Shown here one piece after another: positions 9,705 through 20,500 of a DNA stretch of 64,000 nt; the first letter of the stretch is position 1; the number at the start of each line of letters is the position of its first letter. The translations under genes were made by a program, and so were the position numbers. The notes beneath the pieces are model-generated. The model searched no databases and was not told where the DNA came from. It worked only from the letters and a program-made list of their open reading frames with translations. Origin of the DNA: a virus (lineage: Duplodnaviria > Caudoviricetes); IMG/VR virus record IMGVR_UViG_3300027977_000033, positions 1,821 through 65,820 of that record. One strand, written 5' to 3'.

Positions 9705-10130
9705 ATGAAAAAAATAATTTACAGAACATTAAACGGCGTAGCAGTTGTAACACCAGCTTTGTCAACCGAATTGTATATTGAACAAATTTCAAAAAAAGAT
9801 GTTCCAGAAGGAAGCGAATTTTCAATTGTTGACGAATCAAAAGTACCAAAAGACAGGACTTTTCGGGAAGCTTGGGAGTATTCTGAAAAAGAGGTTTTAA
9901 TCAACTCACATAAAGCCAAAGCAATCTGGAAAGACAAGTGGCGTGAGGCTCGTAAGCCTTTGCTTGTTTCTCTCGACATTGAGTTTATGAAGGCAGTTGA
10001 AACTACTGACACCGAGAAGCAGGCTGAGATTGCATTAAAGAAACAAGAACTTCGTGACGTAACCGATACCCCAATTCCTGGAACTACCCCTGAGGAAATC
10101 AAAGCCGTCTGGCCTGAGATCCTCAACTAA
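9705..10130 (+). CDS. Tail fibre assembly chaperone-like protein
   Basis: PKDRTFREAWE and R.AR.PLL..LD..FMKA.E...KQELRDVT motifs; ATG at 9705. Confidence 0.65.
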   Translation: MKKIIYRTLNGVAVVTPALSTELYIEQISKKDVPEGSEFSIVDESKVPKDRTFREAWEYSEKEVLINSHKAKAIWKDKWREARKPLLVSLDIEFMKAVETTDTEKQAEIALKKQELRDVTDTPIPGTTPEEIKAVWPEILN

Positions 10131-10133
10131 GCC

Positions 10134-11471
10134 ATGGCCATCACCCTAGCAGAAGCCAAGGCTGCCCTTTCCACTTACGTCGATAACGGAGTCTACCCTA
10201 CCGACGACCGAGTGATCGCCCGTATTAACGAGGCGCAGAGACGCCTCTATGCGGTGCGTACTTGGTTGGGTGTATTGGCGAAATTCTCGGTTCCTGTAAA
10301 CCCCATCCCTCCCTATACATTTACTCTTCCTGATTATACCGGCGGTGCGCTTAATAGCTTTGCGGACTTTGGACTGGCCACGGCTCTTCGAGTAGCCACC
10401 TGCAACGTTACCGCTGGATTGTTGACCAACTCCGAGCAAGCTTTCCTAACTGACAATACTTCCTTGGTAAAGATAAATAGATTACCAAGTTCTTCAAACT
10501 ACCGCGAATACGAAGTATCGGGTGTTAACCCAATTCCATCTTTCGTAGAAGTAACTGGGAAGCTCCAGTTCCGACCAGCCACTTTAAGTACCGACCTCCT
10601 AATCATACAAGACTTGGATGCACTCCGTCTGATGCTTCTTGGTCTTTGGAGAGAACAAAACGGGCAACTAGATTTAGCACAAACATTCGAAGCGAAAGCT
10701 GTCGAACGTCTATCTATTATCCTAGATAAAACCCTAGAGGGTGCTAGAAGAGTTGCTTACCAATCCAAAGTCAGCGGATCACAACAAGGAACGATGGGCT
10801 TTACCCGAGCAAGAATGGCCTTGGATCTCAAAGATGGTCTCCACACGGACGACGCTGTACTGTTCCACGCGATAGACAGAGCCGAAGAACACTTGATGAC
10901 AAAAGGGAAGTGGTTCGGCACTATCCAGCAGTTTACCGTAGATGTTTCGGCTACTGGGGAAATTTATCTTCCTACCGAAATTGACTCTATTCTATTTGCT
11001 TCTTTCTATTCCGACAGGGTGAACCTCTTTGCTCGGGAGTATGACTTCCATGAGAACGGCCCTGGATATAGGACTTCGGCTAACAGCGAATACGAGAGAG
11101 CGGTTCTTGTCGACAGGGGCGAGGAGTTCGTATTCGATGCTCTTCTGGGTACAACCGTCCCGAAAAGAAAATATTTTGTGACTAAGCCGGAGGACAATGA
11201 ACCGACTTCCCCGCTAACGATTTTAGCAAAAGTACGATTCATCCCAAAACAAAATGATAATTCGTACATGACAATCAAGAACTACCCTGCCTTGGTAGAA
11301 ATGGTCACGGCCTTGATGCAAGCGGAAAAACCAGACTTTTTCACCTTCCATGAAAACAAAGCTGTCGAACTCCTTCGCGCTGAGCTTCTTGAGAAGCGGG
11401 GTGGTGCTAGACTCACCATGCAGGTTCAGGGTGTGGGCTTCGCTATGGGCGAAATTCCCAATATCCTGTAA
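10134..11471 (+). CDS. Head-tail adaptor / tail tubular protein A-like, internally duplicated
   Basis: Two homologous halves (INEAQRRL...WLG / IDRAEEHL...WFG); tail module context. Confidence 0.55.
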   Translation: MAITLAEAKAALSTYVDNGVYPTDDRVIARINEAQRRLYAVRTWLGVLAKFSVPVNPIPPYTFTLPDYTGGALNSFADFGLATALRVATCNVTAGLLTNSEQAFLTDNTSLVKINRLPSSSNYREYEVSGVNPIPSFVEVTGKLQFRPATLSTDLLIIQDLDALRLMLLGLWREQNGQLDLAQTFEAKAVERLSIILDKTLEGARRVAYQSKVSGSQQGTMGFTRARMALDLKDGLHTDDAVLFHAIDRAEEHLMTKGKWFGTIQQFTVDVSATGEIYLPTEIDSILFASFYSDRVNLFAREYDFHENGPGYRTSANSEYERAVLVDRGEEFVFDALLGTTVPKRKYFVTKPEDNEPTSPLTILAKVRFIPKQNDNSYMTIKNYPALVEMVTALMQAEKPDFFTFHENKAVELLRAELLEKRGGARLTMQVQGVGFAMGEIPNIL

Positions 11472-11500
11472 CGCAACCAATTATTGACGAACGGCTTAAA

Positions 11501-11893
11501 ATGAAAGATATCAATGGTCAAGTGACAACCTACGTCGAAAAGAAAATCCCCTTCTATCGGCATTGGAACCGTAAGGATTTAAAGGCAATGATCAAATTCT
11601 TTGCGGACTTGGGTCAGTTAATTGTACACCAGAACTCGAAGGGTAAAGTTGATGGGGTTTTGGCTTTGCAATTTGTGGACAAACCCTCAGATATCAAAGA
11701 GTGGAAGAATGATCTTAAATCCCAAGGTGTTGCAATTATTGTACTGGCTTCCGATGATAAGGCTATTCGGGGCGAACTTGTCCGGAATGCGATGGCTATC
11801 TCGGGTGTTCGTTCTTGGATCTGTTTTGAGAGGGGCAAATACGACGACCGTATGCGCACCTTGCCTTGGGCTTTAGCGGAGAGGATGGCTTAA
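11501..11893 (+). CDS. Hypothetical protein, possibly GNAT-like (T7 gp13-like position)
   Basis: 130 aa, located just before the three ejection proteins. Confidence 0.4.
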   Translation: MKDINGQVTTYVEKKIPFYRHWNRKDLKAMIKFFADLGQLIVHQNSKGKVDGVLALQFVDKPSDIKEWKNDLKSQGVAIIVLASDDKAIRGELVRNAMAISGVRSWICFERGKYDDRMRTLPWALAERMA

Positions 11894-11894
11894 T

Positions 11895-12890
11895 ATGGGA
11901 AGTCGACGCTCGGCACCAGCACCCCCACAATTGCAGGCACCAAGAGAAGTACCGCTCTCGGAGACGTTCGCAAAGTTTTTGGGGCAGGAAGCACAATTCC
12001 CAGCTCTTTCATCGTTCGCCTCTAACGTAAATAGACAGTTCCGTCAGGAACTTGAGACAGGTTTGCCAGGAACACTTGGAGCGACAACCCAGATAAGTAC
12101 ACTTGTCAACCAGTTGTTAGAAGGGGCTATACCCGCTGATGTTCAGGCCCAAGTGCAAAGGCAGGGAGCCGAACAAGCGATGGCACTCGGAGTTCCTGCA
12201 ACGAGCGGGATGGCTCGGAATTTACAAGCTCGCGATTTTGGGCTGACCTCAATGGAGCTGATGCAACAGGGAGCAGCGTATACTCCAGGACTTGTGGAGT
12301 TATCTAACTTCTTATCGCCCCAGCAGACCCAAAACTATTTGTTCTCGACTGGTCAGTTGCGTGGTGAAGATTTAAAACAAGCCCAAGACCAAGCCAACGT
12401 GGCTAACCAAAATGCTATGAACAAATACAACTATGATGTGGCTAAAGCCCGAAGCGGAGGCAATGGGGCATTATTTGGAACAATCGGTGGTCTTGTTGGA
12501 GCCGCCGCCGGATCATTCCTTATGCCGGGAGTTGGTACGGCTTTGGGCGGTATGCTCGGAAGCGGTCTAGGGAGTTTAGCTGGGGGTGGTGGTTTCTCTC
12601 TCGGGGCTGGGCAATCCGGCGGGGCGGTCAGTTCTCTGGGCGGGATGGGCGCCTCGTTATTTGGCGGAGGGTTACTGGGCGGAGGGGGTGGAAGCACAGG
12701 GCTTTCGGGACTGGGCGCGGGATCCACAGCATTTAATTCTATGGGTCAAGCCTTCTCAGTCCCAACAAATTCTTATTTCTCACCTTCGAGTCCTTCCGTA
12801 ATGAACCCACTTAATAATTTCCTTGTACCACAATCCAGAGGATCTTACGGCGGTCAATATCCAATATCCGTAGGAGGTATCCAGTTCTAA
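11895..12890 (+). CDS. Internal virion/ejection protein (Gln-rich, Gly-rich hydrophobic C-terminus)
   Basis: MGSRRSAPAPP N-terminus, GGLVGAAAG hydrophobic Gly-rich helices, synteny with podovirus core proteins. Confidence 0.65.
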   Translation: MGSRRSAPAPPQLQAPREVPLSETFAKFLGQEAQFPALSSFASNVNRQFRQELETGLPGTLGATTQISTLVNQLLEGAIPADVQAQVQRQGAEQAMALGVPATSGMARNLQARDFGLTSMELMQQGAAYTPGLVELSNFLSPQQTQNYLFSTGQLRGEDLKQAQDQANVANQNAMNKYNYDVAKARSGGNGALFGTIGGLVGAAAGSFLMPGVGTALGGMLGSGLGSLAGGGGFSLGAGQSGGAVSSLGGMGASLFGGGLLGGGGGSTGLSGLGAGSTAFNSMGQAFSVPTNSYFSPSSPSVMNPLNNFLVPQSRGSYGGQYPISVGGIQF

Positions 12891-12891
12891 T

Positions 12892-14493
12892 ATGGCAGAG
12901 CAATATCAATTACCAGCACAGTTCCAAGCCCCTAGCATGGCAGAGGTTTCCTATCGAGCCGGAGATAGTCAATCCGTGGACAACGCGAACTTTGCATTGT
13001 TCACGGATCAGATCAATAAGTACACCAATATCCAGAACGCTAACCGAGATATATCCCTCAGGGAAAAACAATTCCAAAATCTTGTTGTCCAGAATGATAG
13101 GGATTACGTCCTAAGGAGGGAGAGGCAGGATCAGGACATACGAAATGGTGATGTTACTTATGAGATTAATAAATTTAACTTTGACCGGAACAGAGAAAAT
13201 TATAACCAATTACAAGAGGCGTGGGGCCAGAGAGAAAAATGGGTCGAGGGGGTCGATAATTTGATGCCGAGTGGGGGAAATAGCCCGACCTATCTTAGGG
13301 ACAAAGCAAGAGCATTTAGACTGTTTGCCAAGAACCCCTCTTCTTACGCAGTTCTGAACGAACTATTTAAGCCCTACGATGACCAATACAGAGTATACCA
13401 AGCTAATAAGTCTTTAGAAGACGAGGCAGAAGTTCAGTCTGCTTTCGAGTCTGGTTTGCTGGATGGTGAAAAAATCGGAGACCAAGACGCGACTGCTTAT
13501 TTCCGAGACATTATCTTAAACCGAGAAGCGGATCCAGTCTCGTACGCCGCTGGGATGCGAAACCTAAAACGTATCGCGGGCATAGCGCAAGAAGATGTTG
13601 CTCGGCGTCGCCAAGCTTTGATCGAGGGGGAAACGAAAGGTAAGTTCGAGGCCGAAGCTTTTGGCGCAGGTGCTACCGATGTCGAATTGACGATGGAGGG
13701 TGGTAAGATTGTCCGTAAAGCCAAGACTCCGAGGGTGTATGGGGCGTCTAGAGCTGGCACGTCTGCTTCCGGCCCGAACGTTTCACAAATTTCTCAAGCT
13801 TCGAAAGACTATATTGACTCGGCTACAAAAATTGGGGAACAAATAACAGAACTTCAAGGGAGTATTGACGGAATGCCGGAAGGAATTGAAAAGACGGCAG
13901 CCGAAGCAAATCTTGCTGGATTGCAAAGGCAACAACAATTTTATTACAAAAAAGCCGAAGAGGTTTCTTCACAAGGGGGCTCAACGACTCCGAGTGGAAC
14001 ACCTGCCGGAACTGGCGCTCGAGGGGTTTTGGGTGCCCCGAGCCTAGAGGATGTGAAGAAATCAGCTCCGCAGGGAACGCCTCCAACGGTTCCCCCTGCA
14101 AAAACTTCAACTCCGACGCCGGCGCCCGGAGCTTCTCCCCTTGAGTCTACACTTTCTCCTGGAGCTAGAGCAGCACTCGGAGTTGGTGAGGGGGCAGTCG
14201 GAGTTGTAGGGGCCGCAGCAGAAACAGCGATGAAGAGTATTCCTGGTGTAGCACCCGCCCTTTTTGCAGCAAAAGCAGTTAAACCCAGCCTAGAGTTTGC
14301 AGAGTCTGCTGGGTCGGTAGCTCGAGAGCTGACTCAATACTCCAAGAATGTTAACCGAGCGGAGAAAGCAGCAAGGGAGAGAGCCAAAAAAGGTGAAAAT
14401 TTCCAAGCCGCATTGCTCGATGAACAGAGAAAAATTATAGAAGAATTAAGCCAAGCCGCAGACTCCAAGTCATCGGTAACTTCCAAACTCTAA
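12892..14493 (+). CDS. Internal virion/ejection protein
   Basis: 533 aa helical, low-complexity C-terminus; lies between the small and giant ejection proteins. Confidence 0.55.
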   Translation: MAEQYQLPAQFQAPSMAEVSYRAGDSQSVDNANFALFTDQINKYTNIQNANRDISLREKQFQNLVVQNDRDYVLRRERQDQDIRNGDVTYEINKFNFDRNRENYNQLQEAWGQREKWVEGVDNLMPSGGNSPTYLRDKARAFRLFAKNPSSYAVLNELFKPYDDQYRVYQANKSLEDEAEVQSAFESGLLDGEKIGDQDATAYFRDIILNREADPVSYAAGMRNLKRIAGIAQEDVARRRQALIEGETKGKFEAEAFGAGATDVELTMEGGKIVRKAKTPRVYGASRAGTSASGPNVSQISQASKDYIDSATKIGEQITELQGSIDGMPEGIEKTAAEANLAGLQRQQQFYYKKAEEVSSQGGSTTPSGTPAGTGARGVLGAPSLEDVKKSAPQGTPPTVPPAKTSTPTPAPGASPLESTLSPGARAALGVGEGAVGVVGAAAETAMKSIPGVAPALFAAKAVKPSLEFAESAGSVARELTQYSKNVNRAEKAARERAKKGENFQAALLDEQRKIIEELSQAADSKSSVTSKL

Positions 14494-14495
14494 CA

Positions 14496-14524
14496 TTGCC
14501 GGACTACAAAAGTTTTGGTATTTA
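14496..14524 (+). promoter_or_regulatory. Promoter for a leaderless transcript of the giant protein
   Basis: TTGCCG-N17-TATTTA, 7 nt before ATG 14532. Confidence 0.5.
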
Positions 14525-14531
14525 GATCTTT

Positions 14532-17500
14532 ATGGCCGTGATCAACGAGGAGGATCTGCAAGAGTACCTCGAAGAACAACGGGCACTTGCCGAAGCCCCC
14601 GAAGAATTTGAAGCTCCAGTAGCTCAAGTTCAAGAAGCTCCAGCCCAAGAGTTTACAAACTGGGATTCTTACACCTCGGATCCTGAATATCAGACCCTCG
14701 ATTCATCGGAAAAGCAGGAGTTGTACGACCGGTGGCGTCAATACGCCACAAATTACTTAGCATCAACGGGGAACCTGACCACCAAAGACGATCTAGAATT
14801 TACCAAAAGCTATTTTTCGGGCATTGCGGAACAAGAAGGGCTCAAAGGAGCAGACTACAAACCACCAAATTATGCCGAACAGTTGATTCAACAGGGTCAG
14901 TCTGGTTACAGGTCGCTGGAATCTGGTGTTGCGGGATACGGTGCATTGATTGGTGTAGCAGATACCGAGAGCGCAGCCAATGCGATCGCAGAAAGGAACA
15001 GACAAGAACAGGATAAATACATCAGCCCTGAATTCCAAGAGTACGGCAATAAACAACTTGGATTTTTTGGGGCGGTAAAAGAAATCGTAACGAACCCGTT
15101 TGATTTGGCGCTGCCGTTTCTAGCGCAAAGCATGGGATCGAATCTCCCAGCCTTGGCCAGTTCACTTGGCATTGCTGGAGTAGGTGGGGCGGTTGCTGGG
15201 CCAGCCGGTGCAGCAAGTGCTGGCTTGTATTCCAGCGCTATCTTGGGTGGGGCAACTGATGCTTTGGTAACCGTTGATCAGTTGATCAAGGAAGAAGTCC
15301 AAAAGCGTGGGCTTAACCCGACGGATCCGCAAGCGGTTGCTTCAGTATTAGCTGATCCAGAGTTTAAGACGTATGCCATCAAGTACGCCAATGCCCGTGG
15401 CTTGGCGATCGGAGCGACGGGGCTGGCTGCGTTTGGGCTCGGGACTATTTTAGCTACCCCTGCTCGAGAGATTGCCAAGGCCGGCGTACGGGGAATTGCC
15501 GGAGAGGTCGGGAAACAAATTGGAATTCAAGTTGTCTCAGAACCGGTTGGTGAAGTTGCAGCCCAAGCCGGAGCTCAAGTAGCGACTGGCCAACCGATTG
15601 ATATTAAGGGGCGAGAGGTAGCCGAAGAATTAGTTGTTGGCTTACCCATGTCCGGAGTTGAGGCTGGGGTCCTGACCTACAAAAACTTGGTCGAGAACAA
15701 TGCGCCGGCCACCGCCGACGAAGTTCTAGTTAATCAAGTCTCTGACTTTCGGAAGCAGGAGTTGGAACGGGCGTTGGCTAGAAATGAAGTGGATAAGTTT
15801 TATGGGGTTCTTTCGATAGGGGAGAAAGCAAAAACTCTTGGTCTTGCCCCTAACGCCGTGCTTACGGGCGAACAAAGTATTTTTGACACCCTAACCACGG
15901 AAGAAAAACAAGCGGTACAAGTTGCTTTCGAAGCCACGAAACAAAGAGTTCAACCTCCGGTGCTTGCTCGGGAAGAAGTCCCAGCGCAAGCAGGGGAACA
16001 ACCTCCGGTTTTAAAGGAACCTGTCGCAAAGGTTGCGGCTGAAGTGCCTCCGGTTTTAGAGCCTCAAGTTACGGCAGAAGAAGCCGAGGCAGAGGCGGCC
16101 AAAGCGTTTGAGCAGGCGTTGGAGACGACGCCTCCCGCTCCCGAAGTGGCGGTTACACCGCAAGAAGCCGTCAGAGAAGCCGGGGCAGAGGCTGGTGTTC
16201 CGGCTCCTGCGCCAGAGACGACGGCTCCGATCTCGGAAGCGGTTCAAGTTCCACTTGAGCAAGTAGCTCCGGCGTCAGCTCAGGCTGTTGCTGAGACCCC
16301 AGCTCCTGCCCCAGTACCTGAAACACCAGCAACCCAAGAAAAAGATTTGGAAGAAATAATTTCAGACGCAGCCGACAGTCAAAGGGGGAAGCCAGAATCA
16401 GTGATGATGGATGTGACTATGAAACTTAAAGACGAAACAGCGTCATCTCCATCATTAATAGATCTATTAGAACATGTTGGAGATCTCTCTAATAGAGCAC
16501 AAAAAAGAAATGCTATTACGAATGTCGAAGAAAAGATAAGAAAAGTTGAAAGGTACGGCCAAGACGGAAGAGACACATTAGAGAAAGAGATTGAACAGGG
16601 GTACCGAGACAATGCGGAGTACAGAGTACTAAAATCTATACCAGAACTGGCGGCGTTAAGGGACAGGGTTGGAGAGCCCGAAGGACCCACGTCTTTGTTT
16701 GAGGTTTACGAAAGAGTAAGGAAAGAGCACGGGTCTAAAATCGAGGCAGAGATAAAAAGATCAAAAGAGATTGCAAAGCAGGAGCTTAAAAAATACGTAG
16801 AGGCCCACGAAAAATTTAATAAACCAGTAACTAAACTGGGAAAACTCGGAAAAGACGCGGCTATTGCTTTAGGGAATCAAGACTTTAACAAATTGAGAAG
16901 TATTGTTTCCGAGATGAGAAAGTGGATAGACACTTATAATAAAGCCAATGAACAAAAGAGAGACACAATGTTCAATGAGCTAGCAGGAAAACCAACTACT
17001 GCCCCAGTAACTCAGAAACTTCCCCCTACCAAGAAACAAGTTACAGTTCTTTCTAAACTGGGGTATTTACCGGCGGACATCGAAGGGCTAGATAGGGTTC
17101 AAGCAAAAGAGATTATTGGTAATCAAACTCCGAAGACCCCAACCATTGAAGCACCGAAAGAAAAAGTCGAAGCCCCAGCCCAAGCAGGAACCCCTGCTCC
17201 CGCCGTCCCGCCAGCCCCTGTCGTCGGAGAAACCCCTGCCGCCTCGGCACAGCCACCGGCTGGAGAAGTTAGTCTACCTGTGGCACCTCCAGCGAGTGAA
17301 CCAACCACCCAGACGTCCCTCGAAGAGAGATTAGGCCAAGCGGATAAAAAACTTACAGCGCTTCTCGAAAAGCTGGGCGGGGTTCTCGGGTCGGATGTCA
17401 AACTAGACGCAGCTTCAGTTGCTGCTTTTTTCGGAGGAGTTCCAGATCAAGCCACTCAGGCTCGTATTGAATCCGTTTTAAAGCTCGTCAATCTAGGGCT

Positions 17501-20500
17501 ATCCAACGTCAAAGCGAGGTTGAAGAAAGCCAAGGCTGCCGGTCGTAATCTCGAAGAGACTTTTACTAACATTGATAAATTAGTTTTCACAAATAACTAT
17601 CAAGGGGGTGGGGGCATTTACGCCGATCCTCGTAATCCGTTTGAAGCTGGGACTCTCTACATTAACCCAGACCAATTAACGAGAGTACTCATGTCGGATC
17701 TCACGCTAAACCCAGCCGACTTTTTTGCGTCTATGCTGGAGGAAGAAGTCATTCACGCCAACCACGGTAAGGCGATGGTTCGGGCTTTTGTCCAGACTTT
17801 TCCGCCCGAGAAAAACAAAGAAGTGTACGCTTCCCCAGCGGCTACTCTGGAAGCATATATTAAATTTTACGACGCACAGAACGCAGAGATTGAGAATAGC
17901 CTGACAATCGATCAAATTAAAAATGTTGTTGGTAAGTATGCTCAGTCCTTGGGTATAGACCTAGCGGGAAAAACTAAAGAACAAATTGTTCAAGAGTTCA
18001 ACGTGGGTCGTCCGGGAAGACTAGCAGAAGAATACTTGCGGGCTTTAATTCAAGGCCGACAGCTTGGGTCTATAACAGAAGAGCAAGTTCGGGGTTACAC
18101 GACTCGGCCTATTTTAAGAATCTTGGGGGCGTTGCGTAATTGGTTTAGAGACTTGGTTGGCAAGGGAGTACAGAAAAGAAAAACTTTCGTAGATAGACAG
18201 CACGACGCTATTTTATCGGTTCTTCTTAGCTCATCCCCGACCGAACGTTTAGCGGCTCAGGGTGAGATTAACACCGCGATACCTGGGCGCATCCTTGCGT
18301 CTAGCATTGATCCGTTCGCCGAAGAACTCAACAGACTTAATAAAAACACAAACGCCAAGCTCGAAGCAGAGATTCAAAAAGAGTTTGGGCCTAGGAATAA
18401 AGAGACAGGCGAGGGAGGTCTTTGGAGAAGGACTATCATTGGGAGACTGAAGAGGTCATTCCCAGCAGTAGACCCAACTGAGGTAGAGAGCTTGGTATAC
18501 GCTTCTATTCCGGAAGCGATGGGTTCCTTTGACGAAGACAAGGGAGCTAAGTTTCCAACTTATTTATACGGAATTGCTCAGAAAAAAATCCTGAGAGAAA
18601 AATATAAAACCCTTAAAAGAAGAACTAGAGAAGTGGCGAGTTTTCAGGCTCCAGGTTTTTACAATATTCCGTTGAGTTTAAAGTCGGCGCAAGAAGCAGA
18701 TATTGAAGCGGAAGCAGAAGCTCCAATTGAATCCGAAGATCTAACTCCTGAGCAACGTGCCGAAAAACTCTTGGCTAGAGCGCCCAGCCTTGAAAAAGAA
18801 CTTGACGCACAAGAAAAAGTTTCTCCGGTTTTGGAAGAAAAAGCAGTTGCTGCGGCCTATGAGCCAGAAACTGGCAGAACAAATTTGGCGGAAGAAGGAC
18901 AGGAACTTGAAGAACTTACCCTAGCCGATGGCGAGGCGATAAGCTCTTTGGACGCAGTATCCGCTGAAAAACGCACAGCTTACCTTGAGGCCCAGCTAGG
19001 TGAAGCGGGCAAGTTGCTGGCCACCGCGGCCAAAGCACTGGGGTTAACTAAGATTGAAACAGAAGTCTTGGCGTACGCCGCGGACCCAGATGGTTCTATT
19101 CTAACGCGAAAAGAAATCACCGATAAATACGGATTAACCAACGACCAGTTTACGAACATGAGGGATGACGTTCTTACTCGCATGCGCGAACAGCTTGGCC
19201 GTGCCGGTGTGACAAGGACGGCTGATGTTCTGGCTTCCTCCATCGATCCAACCCGAAGTCAAGCGTTAGCTCGCGCCAAGACTACCCTGCCGGCGGACGT
19301 TGCTGCTGAGATCGATACTATCATTCAAGATCCTTTTACCGATGCGGGACTTACTAAATTAGCTAAAGACTTTGTTAAAGCCAACTCGCCTAACGGCGAT
19401 GTCATGCATGCCAAGCGTATTCTGGATGGGCGACCGAATATGAAAGAGAGAGAAAGGTTAGCCGTCTTAGGCGTAATTGGGGTTACTCTAAGAAAACGAG
19501 TATCTAAAGTAAACGAAGAAATTAAAAAGAAAGGCAGGAGCCCAGAAAGATTGGCGCTTAAAAACTACTTAGACACAAACCTCAGAGAAGTTTTTATTAA
19601 GAGCCAGCAAATCAGTTCAGAATTTGGTCAAAACTTAAGGTCAGCCCGCACAAACAACGCTCTGTACCTCCCTTACCATTGGGAGGGACTTTATACTGGG
19701 CCTATAGGTAGCCAACAAGAAGAACTTCTTCGAACCAAACAAGAAGTGATAAAGGCCAGAGCTGAAATAGAAAGACTTTTGGACATCATTAGTGGGGACG
19801 CTGTCGATGGGATTTACATTAAACCGCCCGAATCTCCAGATGACGATGCCAAAATTGGGGTCGGAGACAAACCAATTAAAACCCCTCTTCCAGAGGGAGA
19901 AAACTTTTACGAACTTTTATCTCTATTCGGAGACATGAGCCCTACAGAGGGGGAAACTTTTAGCGACTACCTGCAAAGGCTTGGGGTTAACTATGATGAT
20001 GTAGTTTCAAACTTAGAAGGCATGAAGGCAGCCTCGGTTTCGCCCGCAGCGGTTACAAAAATTCTACCGGAGGGTTTAAAAAACTTATCTGCTAAAGAGG
20101 CGATCCGCAAGTTGGTTGCTATCGATAAAAACTTTTTTGGTAAGCTGGTCGCACTCCGAATTAAATCAGGTGGCGGGACGACTGAAGCTCAGGTTGCGGA
20201 AGGGCTGGATCGCAAAAAGTTGGACGTGAAAGACAGGCCAGCAGAACTTCAGACCGTATTTGATTTCTTCGGTTCGACGGAGAGTACGAAACCAACCTCG
20301 GAAGCCCCAATTGAAAAAGACATCCTACCCCCGTTGGTTCGTTTGGCTAAATACGCAGCTGATACAATTACAGATCGGGTCATGCGCTCGCTCGGGGCAG
20401 ATAAAGCAAAGATGGAAAAGGGGTCCTTTGAAAAGTTGGAGCGTCAAGTTCGAGCTCTAGTTAATGCTCAATTCAGACAAGAGACCAACCCAATCCAAGC

